The notes under the pieces were generated by a model. That model had not been told where the DNA came from, did not search any database, and saw only the letters and a list, made by a program, of their open reading frames with translations. A program made the translations under genes and the position numbers. A stretch of 27,580 bases of DNA from Eledone cirrhosa (Eukaryota): assembly GCA_964016885.1 (NCBI GenBank), contig CAXHJY010000677.1, forward strand, positions 1 through 27,580, read 5' to 3'. Positions 11,424 to 21,928 of the stretch are shown here, in pieces (the stretch's first letter is position 1; each line of letters starts with the position of its first letter).

Positions 11424-11597
11424 AAGTTATTCCGGGTTGAATCGGAGGTAACCACAGTAAGTAAGATACTCAATACATAGCAGAGTATAAAAGTTTTAAT
11501 ATAGATGAGATTCTACAGGACTAGAACTGTTTCATTCTTTTTAGAAATCATCAGGAATCTGGCTTTCCTAATATAGAATCTCATCTATATTAAAACT
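11421..11597 (-). mobile_element. (TA)n-flanked hammerhead mini-element with a short inverted arm
   Basis: 11574-11597 is the exact reverse complement of 11492-11515. Confidence 0.8.
11508..11560 (-). ncRNA. Type I hammerhead ribozyme
   Basis: Minus strand: agattc-CTGATGA-tttct aaaa agaat-GAAA-cag ttctagtc ctg-TA-gaatct. Confidence 0.85.
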
Positions 11598-11604
11598 ATA
11601 TATA

Positions 11605-11660
<56 letters not shown>

Positions 11661-11662
<2 letters not shown>

Positions 11663-11816
11663 GAAAAATTGAACGGGAACAAAACAGAGAGGCAGTACAA
11701 CAAATGTTTGTTAATTTCACGCTCTTGAGAGTGCGGTGGTGGTGGGGAACGACGTTTCGGGCATAAGCCCTTCTTCAGGTGAAAAGTGCGTGGGAAGAGA
11801 GTTCAAAGGGTGTGTA

Positions 11817-11818
<2 letters not shown>
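11661..11818 (-). mobile_element. Solo 3' end (with hammerhead core) of the 22524-26909 PLE family
   Basis: Colinear with 22524-22682; minus strand CTGAAGAagggcttatgcccGAAAcgtcg; (TA)n on both sides. Confidence 0.9.
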
Positions 11819-11904
<86 letters not shown>

Positions 11905-11994
11905 AGAGAAAGAGAGAGAGAGATAAATAATTAGTCAGACACATAGATAAACCGAGGTAAATATATACATCAGGGAATAGATACTTATCTATAG

Positions 11995-12112
11995 GCATAT
12001 GAATGGTAAATACACAGACAAGCATGGATTACATGCAGTAGCAAAGTCAGTGAGTGCAGATGATGTTCTTGCAGCCTTTGTAATGCAGTTCTCCAGCTGT
12101 GGGAGTTATTTG
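11995..12112 (+). CDS. Candidate host-gene exon 1 of chain (HMNGKYTDKHGLHAVAKSVSADDVLAAFVMQFSSCGSYL)
   Basis: Unique sequence, tatag acceptor, TTG|gtatgt donor, open frame. Product not recognised. Confidence 0.45.
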
Positions 12113-12202
12113 GTATGTTTGCAAGAATTGCTTTGATCTCTGATTATAGAGTCGCAAATTTCTGTGACCATTAAAACATTAGTAGTATCATGAATAACGG
12201 TG

Positions 12203-12324
12203 TAGCGGTTGTGTTGCAGTGGGGGAGGGGATAGCGGTTGTGTTGCAGTGGGGGGGGGATAGCGGTTGTGTTGCAGTGGGGGAGAGATAGGGGTTGTGTT
12301 GCAGTGGGGGAGGGATAGCGGTTG
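12203..12324. repeat. G-rich minisatellite, about 28-29 bp x 4
   Basis: Unit tagcggttgtgttgcagtggggg(a)gggga. Confidence 0.9.
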
Positions 12325-12374
12325 GTTAGTGATAGGACTGAGGTGATGTTTGGTAAGAAAGACACCTATAGATG

Positions 12375-12574
12375 TATGTGCGTGTGTAACTGTGTAAGTG
12401 TATATATATATATATGTGCGTGTGTATATATATATATATATATATGTGTGTGTATATATATATGTATGTGTGTATATATATATATATGTGTGTATATATA
12501 TATATATATATGTGTGTGTGTATGCGTGTGTATGTAAATATGTGTGTGAGTATATATATATATGTGTGCGTGTG

Positions 12575-12613
<39 letters not shown>

Positions 12614-12670
12614 GTGTGTGTGTGTGTATATATATATGTGTGTGTGTATATATATATGTGTGTGTGTGTG

Positions 12671-12701
<31 letters not shown>

Positions 12702-12766
12702 GTATATATATATGTGTGTGTGTATGTATATATATATGTGTGTGTGTGTATATATATATGTGTGTG

Positions 12767-12808
<42 letters not shown>

Positions 12809-12818
12809 TGTGTGTGTG

Positions 12819-12851
<33 letters not shown>

Positions 12852-12874
12852 GTGTGTGTGTGTATGTGTGTGTG

Positions 12875-12927
<53 letters not shown>

Positions 12928-12931
12928 ATGT
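12375..12931. repeat. Interleaved (TA)n/(TG)n microsatellite
   Basis: Direct reading. Confidence 0.95.
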
Positions 12932-12980
12932 GAGACAAGTTTCTGGTTGCTTTGCTTTGTTTCATTCTTTTTACAGTTAG

Positions 12981-13066
12981 TCTAAACCAGTTAATGATGC
13001 AAATGGCAGACATTGTGATGGCAGACTTTGTGATGGCCGAGCTATTAACCAATATTTGAGACGAAT
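12981..13066 (+). CDS. Candidate host-gene exon 2 (SKPVNDANGRHCDGRLCDGRAINQYLRR)
   Basis: Polypyrimidine tract plus acagttag acceptor, gtgagt donor; phase matches exon 1 only if the distal TAG is used. Confidence 0.4.
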
Positions 13067-13099
13067 GTGAGTCATTTAAAGCTTGTAGTGGTTAGTATC

Positions 13100-14803
13100 G
13101 TGACCATGGTAGTGGTGGTGATGTTGGTGGTGATGGTGGTGATGGTGGTAGTGGTGGTAGTGGTGGTGGTGGTGGTGGTGGTCGTCGTGGTCGTCGTCGT
13201 CGTCGTGCTCATGGTGGTCATAGTGGTGGTGGTGGTCAGGGTGGTGGTGATGTTGGTGGTGATGGTGGTGATGGTGGTAGTGGTGGTGGTGCTGGTGGTG
13301 GTGGTAGTGGTGGTGGTGGTGGTGGTGGTGGTGGTGGTGGTGGTCGTCGTCGTCGTCGTGCTCATGGTGGTCATAGTGGTGGTGGTGGTCAGGGTGGTGG
13401 TGATGTTGGTGGTGATGGTGGTGATGGTGGTAGTGGTGGTGGTGCTGGTGGTCGTGGTGCTGGTCGTCGTCGCCGTGCTCATGGTGGTCATGGTGGTGGT
13501 GGTGGTGGTGGTCAGGGTGGTGGTGATGGTGGTAGCGGTGGTGGTGATGGTGATCGTGGTGATGGTGGTGGTGATGGTGATGGTGGTCGTGGAGGTTGTG
13601 GTGGTCGTGATGGTGGTGGTAGTGGTGGTGGTGGTGGTGGTGGTGGTGGTGGTGGTGGTGGTGGTGGTGGTGGTTTTTGTGGTGTAGGTGGGATGATGGT
13701 GTTGGTGGTGATGGTGGTGGTGGTGGTCATGGTGGTGGTGGTGGTGGTGGTCAGGGTGGTGGTGATGGTGGTAGTGGTGATGGTGATGGTGGTGGTGATG
13801 GTGGTGGTGATGGTGGTAGTGGTGGTGGTGATGGTGATGGTGGTCGTGGAGGTTGTGGTGGTGGTGATGGTGGTGGTAGTGGTGGTGGTGGTGGTGGTGG
13901 TGGTGGTGGTGGTGGTGGTTTTTGTGGTGTAGGTGGGATGATGGTGTAGGTGGGATGATGGTGGTGGTGGTGGTGGTGGTGGTGATGATGATGATGGTAA
14001 TGTGTTAACATTGGTGATAGTGTTGGTTGTAGTAGTGGGGACATTGGCAGAGGGAATGATGATGATGATGATAATGATGATGATTTTGATGATGATGATG
14101 ATAATGATGATGATGATGATAACCTTCATGATTCTGCTCCTCCCTCCTCGTCCTCCTCTTCCTTCTCCTCGTCGCCGCCCTCCTCCTACTCATTATCATC
14201 CTGATTGATACTATCATCATCATCGTCGTTATCATCAACATCAGTAGCACCATCACCACCACCACCACCACATCCACCACCACCACCACCATCATCACTA
14301 CCACCACCACCACCACCACCACATCCACCACCACCACCATCATCACTACCACCACCACCACCACCACCACAACCTCCACATCCACCACCACCACCACCAC
14401 CACCACATCCACCACCACATCCACCACCCTGACCACCACCACCACCACCACCAACATCACCACCACCCTGACCACCACCACCACCATGACCACCATGAGC
14501 ACGACGACGACGACGACCACCACCACCACCACAACCTCCACATCCACCACCACGACCACCACCACCACATCCACCACCACATCCACCACCCCCACCACAT
14601 CCACCATTACATCCACCACCACCACCACAACCTCCACACCCACCACCACCACCACCATCACCACCACCACCACCACCACCACCACCACCGTCATCATCAC
14701 CACGGCGGTGGTGGTGGTGGTGGTTTTTCTGGTGGTGGTGGTGGTTGTGGTGGTGGTGGTATCGCTGTGGCTGTTGGGGAGTAGTGGTGGTAGTGTTGGT
14801 GGG

Positions 14804-14893
<90 letters not shown>

Positions 14894-14978
14894 AAGTCGT
14901 CGTTTTTTTGTTGCCGTTGTTGTCGATGTTGTTGCTGTTGATTGTCATTAATTGTGTTGTTGTTATTGTTGTTATTGA

Positions 14979-15010
<32 letters not shown>

Positions 15011-15012
15011 TC
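13100..15012. repeat. Complex trinucleotide block (GGT)n-(GAT)n-(ACC)n-(GGT)n-(TAG)n-(TTG)n-(CTG)n
   Basis: Direct reading; higher-order units marked by gtcagggtggtggtgatg. Confidence 0.95.
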
Positions 15013-15032
15013 ATAGTTGGTCAATGTGTTGG

Positions 15033-15519
15033 TGTTTAGCCCCAGGCTAGACTTGAGACAGCTGACCTATAGTCAAAAGCAAGTCGTTCGTGTTGAATTC
15101 TGATCACGGAGATATGATTATAAGCAAGCTGCTGTTATCGTTGTCATTTATTACCAAATCAGTCTTGATTGAGCAGGTCTATGATTAAAAGTATTTCAGC
15201 CATGACTATTCCGTCTTGATTTTAGGGACAGTTTATCTAGGACTACGATATTGAATGTATGCTGAACTTTTAATGATGCTAGGTGTAATTTGGGAGAGAT
15301 TCAGGTGCTATTTCAAGTATGTATAGAAGCTTTCTTGTTATATCATCGTTGGTGTTGTTGTGTTAGCCAAGCCACAAATCAAACTTGGTCAGGTGGACTT
15401 ACGTTGATGAAGGGCATTCCATTCCAGCCGTGATATTCCCGTATTTAATCCATGGAGTTGGCGGTGTATTACAGAACCACATTATCGAATGTACCCTTTT
15501 TTAAATGGCCAGGTGTGAT
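15033..15519. mobile_element. Degenerate copies of an interspersed repeat, family D (also about 17690-17850 and 17930-17970)
   Basis: Shared motifs such as cttgattgagcaggtctatgattaaaag..ttccagcc(a/g)tga...aggtgt(a/g)attt in several diverged copies. Confidence 0.5.
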
Positions 15520-15523
15520 TTAA

Positions 15524-16594
15524 CCCTTTAATGTTCAAACCGGCGAAAACCGGCCAGAATTCTCTACCTTTTTCTGTTGAAACTGGCTGTAACTGGTCAC
15601 TCAAACTAATGTTAAGGTATTGTTCTCAAAATAAATACTTTCAAAATCTCATAGATTCGATATTATGTGAGATAATTATTCGAGGTAAAGCCTTTACCAT
15701 GAAAATATAATAGTATATATAGAGTAATGTGAATGCTAAAGGGTTAAAGTGTGAGGTAAAGCCTTTACCATGAAAATATAATAGTATATATAGGGTAATG
15801 TGATGCTAAAGGGTTAAAGTGTGAGGTAAAACCTTTACCATGAAAATATAATAGCATATATAGAGTAATGTGAATGCTAAAGGGTTAAAGTATGAAGTAA
15901 AGCCTTTACCATGAAAATATAATAGTATATATAGAGTAATGTGAATGCTAAAGGGTTAAAGTGTGAGGTAAAGCGTTTACCATGAAAATATAATAGTATA
16001 TATAGAGTAATATGAATGCTAAAGGGTTAAAGTGTGAGGTAAAGCGTTTACCATGAAAATATAATAGTATATATAGAGTAATATGAATGCTAAAGGGTTA
16101 AAGTGTGAGGTAAAGCCTTTACCATGAAAATATAATAGTATATATAAAGTAATGTGAATGTTAAAGGGTTAAAGTGTGAGGTAAAGCGTTTACCATGAAA
16201 ATATAATAGTATATATAGAGTAATATGAATGCTAAAGGGTTAAAGTGTGAGGTAAAGCCTTTACCATGAAAATATAATAGTATATATAGAGTAATGTGAA
16301 TGCTAAAGGGTTAAAGTGTGAGGTAAAGTGTTTACCATGAAAATATAATAGTATATATAGAGTAATGTGAATGCTAAAGGGTTAAAGTGTAAGGTAAAGT
16401 GTTTACCATGAATATATAATAGTATATATAGAGTAATATGAATGCTAAAGGGTTAAAGTGTGAGGTATAGCTTTTACCATGAAAATATAATAGTATATAT
16501 AGAGTAATATGAATGCTAAAGGGTTAAAGTGTGAGGTAAAGCCTTTACCATGAAAATATAATAGTATATATAGAGTAATGTGAATGTTAAAGGG
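15524..16594. mobile_element. piggyBac-type MITE with tandemly amplified right end
   Basis: TTAA|CCCTTTAATGTTC at 15520-15536 and GAATGTTAAAGGG|TTAA at 16582-16598. Confidence 0.75.
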
Positions 16595-16598
16595 TTAA
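15682..16598. repeat. 71-bp tandem array, 13 units
   Basis: Unit gaggtaaagcctttaccatgaaaatataatagtatatatagagtaatgtgaatgctaaagggttaaagtgt, starting at 15682, 15753, 15823, 15894 ... 16533. Confidence 0.97.
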
Positions 16599-16811
16599 GG
16601 GAAATTTAGCTTCCTTTCCTGGCAATTCGAATGAACGTTTCTTTTGTTTGTTGAAAGTAGAGGTAGAGCTGGGTTAGAAGTGATGATGATGATGGTGTTA
16701 GTTGTTTTTGTTGAGCACAGTTATGGTGGCTTTTTTTAATTAGCAGTGATCGTATGTTGATGAAGATGTTGATGATGACGACGATCATGGTGGTGGTGGT
16801 GGTGGTAGGTA

Positions 16812-16917
16812 ATAATTGTTTCTACTTTTTGCACAAGGCCAGGAATTATCGCAGTGCATTACTGGTACTTTATTTTATCGACCCCGTAAGGATGAAAGGC
16901 AAAGTTAACCTTGGCGG
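16812..16917 (-). mobile_element. SINE family A, 5'-truncated
   Basis: Matches the 3' part of 10311-10490. Confidence 0.85.
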
Positions 16918-16984
16918 TGGTGGGTAATAATGATGATGGTGATGACAACGACGATGACTTCGATGACAATGATGACGATGGTAA

Positions 16985-17077
16985 TAATTGTTTCTACTTT
17001 TGGCACAAGTCCAGCTATTACCCCAGTGTATTACTGGTACTTTATTTTATCGACCCCGTAAGGATGAAAGACAAAGT
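16985..17077 (-). mobile_element. SINE family A, 5'-truncated
   Basis: Matches the 3' part of 10311-10490. Confidence 0.85.
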
Positions 17078-17129
17078 CTAATAATGATGATCATCATCAT
17101 CATTATAATGACACCGATGGTGATAATGA

Positions 17130-17187
17130 TAATTGTTTCTACTTTAGGCACAAGGCCAGCAATTACCCAGTGCATTACTGGTACTTT
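17130..17187 (-). mobile_element. SINE family A, 3' tip only
   Basis: aattgtttctactttaggcacaaggccagcaattacccagtgcattactggtacttt. Confidence 0.8.
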
Positions 17188-17536
17188 GATTATGGTAATG
17201 GCATTGATAACAGTAGCAATGATGAAAGAATGGGCGAAGAACCGAGAAATTTCCAGATTTTCAGAGACAACTCACGAGTCACGCAGTTTAATGAGGGTGT
17301 CAGCTTAAAAGTCGACGTCTTCATCACCACCATCATCAGCATTATCAACATACTGAATATCAGCAGTAGCAGCAGCTGCAATACTACTACCATCACTACC
17401 ACAATCGCCACCACCAACACTTCTAATACGGCTATCACAGCAAACATCACCATCATCATCATCATCAACAACAATACACTACAACAACTTCACCATACTC
17501 TTTGCTATCCTGTTTAGTGAATTTCTTTTGTCTCAG

Positions 17537-17573
17537 TTCGATAGCTTATCGAAGTCAATTCATCTTCCATGAG
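17537..17573 (+). CDS. Candidate host-gene exon 3 (SIAYRSQFIFHE)
   Basis: Strong acceptor tttcttttgtctcag; weak donor GAG|gtatat; phase-compatible with neighbours. Confidence 0.3.
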
Positions 17574-18040
17574 GTATATCAATGAAATAAAGATATTGGT
17601 AAGATAACAACTAGATTTATTTTTCTAGGTTCTTCTTTGCACAAGCATCATTTGTTGTTATCGTAGTTGTTGTTGTTGTTATGGCTGTTTTTATTGGGTG
17701 ATATGTGACATATCCAGATAAAAATTCTATTCGTGACCATCTCATATTTCTTTCAGGCTTAGTGTATAAAAGACCACAATGCCCAACATGACATTTTTAT
17801 AATATCGTATAATGTTATGTGAGGAAGATTTTAATATTATTTCATATAGACAGAACAAAGACAATGAAGCTCACGTGTTGCTTCGTGTCTACTATTTTAA
17901 ACCAAATGATGTACAATCCTCGTGATTGCAATTAGCCCTAAGTCAGATTTGATTGAGCATACCATCCTGCTTTCTTCCTTTTCTTCATATTTGATACATG
18001 AAGTATTATATTATCCTCTGCATTCTTTTGTGTTTAATTT

Positions 18041-18076
18041 AGTGAGTTTAAATCCCACCGAGGTTAACTTTGCCTT
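18041..18076 (+). mobile_element. SINE family A internal fragment
   Basis: gagtttaaatcccaccgaggttaactttgcctt. Confidence 0.6.
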
Positions 18077-18159
18077 AATCAGCGTTTCCCCTATACAATT
18101 ATGATGAAATGCTTTTAGATATAAATGCTAAGATAACCAGTTTGGTATCATAGATATTT

Positions 18160-18564
18160 TATTATTGATATATGGAAGTGAAACATGGACGCTTTCATCC
18201 AAACAACAAAAGCACGTTGATGGCACCTACACTCGCCTGCTTCAACGCATTCAGAACATAAGCTGGCGACATCTAACTTCGAGAGATATATGCCGGCCTC
18301 CCACGCATATATGTCGTTGTATGTAAAAGGAAAGTAAGATTTACTGGTCACTGCCATCGTGCCACCTATGAAGATCTGTCCTCATTAGTGCTTTGGAAAC
18401 TACAAGCAGTCACTAATAACAGGGGGCGCAAGCTCTCCTATCCCGATGTCATCTCCAGAGATTCTAGTATTGAAATCCATGACTTGGCAACGGCAATGAA
18501 CGACGACAGACCCACGTGGAGATCAATCGTTGAGTCCCTTTCGATGGAGACCGCCGGATGATGA
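18160..18564 (+). pseudogene. RTE-type LINE 3' end (post-RT domain), frameshifted
   Basis: LLIYGSETWTL...DGTYTRLLQRIQNISW, then KRKVRFTGHCHRA...LVLW...GRKLSYPDVISRD...AMNDDRPTWRSIV, ending TGATGA. Confidence 0.85.
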
Positions 18565-18605
18565 GGATTAAAAAGGTATCAAATATGTGTGATCCATTTC
18601 AACAG

Positions 18606-18660
18606 AATTTACAACAGATCTTCCATGCTCGGTCTTCATACATCAATGTCAACAAGCCAG
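18606..18660 (+). CDS. Candidate host-gene exon 4 (NLQQIFHARSSYINVNKP)
   Basis: Acceptor ttcaacag; weak donor CAG|gtgttt; phase-compatible. Confidence 0.3.
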
Positions 18661-18714
18661 GTGTTTATGTTATGTATTCGTGATTCATACATTCTGTACA
18701 ATGTATTGCTACAG

Positions 18715-18777
18715 ACACGTTTCCTTCCCATGTCAAAAAGCATAATATTGATTCCACGAACTGGTTTCAACAAGCTG
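18715..18777 (+). CDS. Candidate host-gene exon 5 (DTFPSHVKKHNIDSTNWFQQA)
   Basis: Acceptor ttgctacag; donor CTG|gtaaag; open in phase 1. The preceding intron would be only 54 nt. Confidence 0.3.
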
Positions 18778-18940
18778 GTAAAGACTTGTGAAACGAGAGG
18801 AAAGAGACCAAGAAAACAACAACAATGACAATAACAACAACAACAACAACACGACCGCCATTATCACGACATCCACCACTACCGCCGCCACCACTTCCAC
18901 CACCAACAACAACAACAGCAACAGAAACAACAGTAATAAT

Positions 18941-19148
18941 AATGGTTACTGATTTAGGGGCAAGGCTAACAATTTGGGTGGAGAAAGTCGATTAAATCGA
19001 CTCCAGTGCATTACTGGTGTTTTATTTATCGACCCCGTAAGGATGAAAGGCAAAGTTAACCTCGTCGGGACCTGAACTCAGACCGTAAAGGGCCGTAACT
19101 CTGTGCTGCAAAGCATGGCATCCGACTCTCTACCGGTACTGCTAATCA
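18941..19148 (-). mobile_element. SINE family A, long variant
   Basis: Same head and core, plus an extra segment (tgggtggagaaagtcgattaaatcgac) absent from the other copies. Confidence 0.85.
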
Positions 19149-19159
19149 ACTACCGATTA

Positions 19160-19173
19160 AATAATAATAATAA

Positions 19174-19204
<31 letters not shown>

Positions 19205-19239
19205 AAGAAGAAGAAGAAGAAGAAGAAGAAGAAGAAGAG
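19160..19239. repeat. (AAT)n(AAG)n microsatellite
   Basis: Direct reading. Confidence 0.95.
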
Positions 19240-19381
19240 ATAATTTGCATGTACAGTAATTTGTAGCTTGATAAAATTAATGTTAATTACCTAAATCAAT
19301 AAATAAATAGTAAGGTGGAGAAGGAGAGGCATTAGTGCAGGGCAGGTGGGATTTTTTTAAAAATACGAAGTGTTGACGATC

Positions 19382-19638
19382 TGTGTGTGTGTGTGTATGT
19401 GTGTGTTTATGTGTGTCTGTGTGTGTGTGTTTCTGTGTGTTTGTGTGTTTATGTGTGTGGTTGGGTGTGTGTTTCTGTGTGTGTGTTAGTGTGTGTGTCT
19501 GGGTGTTTCTGTGTGTCTGTGTGTGTGTGTTTCTGTGTGTGTGTGTCTGTATCTGTGTGTGTGTGTGTGTGTGTGCCTGTGTGTTTCTGTGTGTGGGTGT
19601 GTGGGTGTGTTTCTGTGTGTATGTGTGTGTGTGTGTGT

Positions 19639-19674
<36 letters not shown>

Positions 19675-19700
19675 TGAGTGTGTGTGTGTGTGTCTGTGTG

Positions 19701-19788
<88 letters not shown>

Positions 19789-20395
19789 TATGCCTGTTAG
19801 TGTTTCTGCATAAGTATGTGTTGATAAACGTGTGTATGTGTGTCAGAGTGAGTGCGTGTGTTTGTGTGTTTCTATATAAGTCTGTGTTGATACGCTTATG
19901 TTGTGTGTCGGTGTGTGTGTGTATCTGTGTTTACATGCCTGTTTGTGTGTTTCTGTATAAGTCTGTGTTGATATGCCTGTGTATGTGTCTCAGTGTGTAT
20001 CTGTGTGTGTGTGTGTGTGTATGTCAGTGAGTGTGTATGTGTGTATGTCAGTGTGTGTGTGTTTATGTGTGTGTATGCCTGTTTGTATGTTTCTATATAA
20101 ATCTGTGTTGATATGTTTGTGTATCTGTGTCTGTGTATGTGAGTGTGTATGTGTGTGTGCGTATGTGTATTTGTGTGTGTGTGTGCGCGCATGTGTGTAT
20201 GTATGTGTGTGTGTATGTCAGTTTGTGTATGTGTGTGTGCGCGCATGTGTGTGTGTATGTCAGTTTGTGTATGTATGTGTGTGTGTGTGGGCGCGCGTGT
20301 GTGTATGTGTGTGTGCGCGCGCGCGCGTGTGTGTGTATGTCAGTGTGTGTATGAGTGTGTGTGTGTGTGTCAGTGTGTGTCTGTGTGTATACGTG
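19382..20395. repeat. About 1-kb degenerate (TG)n with an embedded repeated unit (tttctatataagtctgtgttgata)
   Basis: Direct reading; unit recurs near 19805, 19870, 19950 and 20090. Confidence 0.9.
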
Positions 20396-20896
20396 CTGGT
20401 GTGCAGTAAGCAGGCGAGTGAGTAAGTAGGAGGTAGTGTGTTTGGCATATTGAAATATCTTACAATGTTAGCAAGCATGAAATATGTTGAGAACATTGAG
20501 ATGTGGCAGGCAAGCAGCACGTTAGAGAGGAGAAAGAATGCATGTTTCACAGCATAGAGTACAAATAAAGAATGGCAGATGAAGAGAGGAGGTGAAATTA
20601 GAAAGAAAAGTATAAAGAATTCCACAGTATCAGCAATCTGTGAAATATGGGACAGTGTGATTGTTCAATGTAAAAAAGGAAACGTGAAGACGGCGGGTGG
20701 AGTATATCTGATTTGAGATACATGCTTTTTTGATGAGTTCATGATTTGGTAAGTCAGAAAGAGTAACATACATAAGCATAAGCCTCCATATAGCATGCAT
20801 GTTTGTCTATATATATATATACATACATAAATACATATATAAGTGTGTTTGTGTATGTATATCTATATATATTTATGTATGTATGAATATATATAT

Positions 20897-20928
<32 letters not shown>

Positions 20929-21068
20929 GAACAAGTATGACCCCGACGGCAGAGCTCAAGCCGTTTCGTCGGGGTCATACTTGTTCCTATTACCCACTCT
21001 ACTACACTAAGTATTGAGTATTTTGGTGCGTTATGGTCCATCTGGTTCATTACCACAATTCCTTCGTT
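20929..21068 (+). mobile_element. Family C inverted mini-element
   Basis: Reverse complement of about 8827-8925, with a short inverted arm at 20929-20967. Confidence 0.85.
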
Positions 21069-21303
21069 TTATATATATATATATTCACATATATATATAT
21101 AATGTACGTATCTATATATATATATTAAAACTCCATGAATATTTCTTTGTTGAGTGCTTTTAATCTATTGTAAAACTGTATTCATTGAGTAATCAATGAA
21201 ACATATTAATCTTTGGTTATATATACATATATATATATATATATAACCAAAGATTAATATGGTTCATTGATTACTCAATGAATACAGTTTTACAATAGAT
21301 TGG

Positions 21304-21343
<40 letters not shown>

Positions 21344-21483
21344 CCAAAGATTAATATGGTTCATTGATTACTCAATGAATACAGTTTTACAATAGATTAA
21401 AAGCACTCAACAAAGAAATATTCCTGGAGTTTTAATATTATTCAAAATATTAACAAGTGAAGATATTCACATAATCAAAATAT

Positions 21484-21555
21484 ATGCTTTATTATATATA
21501 TTTCGAAGGTACTGTGTTGTTTTTTTTCCAGTACGTCCTCGTCAGATAAAATATA
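21484..21555 (-). ncRNA. Type I hammerhead ribozyme
   Basis: Minus strand: ttttat-CTGACGA-ggacgtactg..cagtaccttc-GAAA-tatata-TA-ataaag. Confidence 0.8.
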
Positions 21556-21617
21556 TGATTTGATATATGACATACCTCTATGGTCCTCATATTTCAATTC
21601 CAGTATTGGCAGTTACA

Positions 21618-21691
21618 TATATTTTATCTGACGAGGACGTATGGAAAAAAACAACAACACAGTACCTTCGAAATATATATAATAAAGCATA
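21618..21691 (+). ncRNA. Type I hammerhead ribozyme
   Basis: ttttat-CTGACGA-ggacgta..taccttc-GAAA-tatata-TA-ataaag. Confidence 0.78.
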
Positions 21692-21731
21692 TATTTTGAT
21701 TATGTGAATATTTTCATTTGTTAATATTTTG

Positions 21732-21785
<54 letters not shown>

Positions 21786-21846
21786 CACTAACAAAAAACA
21801 GAGAGGCAGTACAAATGGTAGTTTATTAGATTCATATATATATATG

Positions 21847-21924
<78 letters not shown>

Positions 21925-21928
<4 letters not shown>

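Larger units (their letters stand above)
21123..21738. mobile_element. Composite of inverted PLE 3'-end copies with two back-to-back hammerheads
   Basis: About 21435-21557 is inverted at 21616-21738; 21123-21220 is inverted at 21341-21438; partial copy at 21244-21300. Shares gtatgtcatatatca and the ggacgtac stem II with 6466-6505. Confidence 0.85.

Noticed and set aside
13067-15024. Poly-V/T/P/G ORFs resembling mucin or extensin
   Set aside because: Trinucleotide repeats are open in several frames on both strands; no domain or splice support.
15682-16598. CRISPR-like regular array
   Set aside because: No unique spacers, no cas genes, eukaryotic context; it is a tandem repeat.
20430-20755. 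Unique island with a gtaagt donor
   Set aside because: All frames leading to the donor contain nearby stops; no consistent coding exon.
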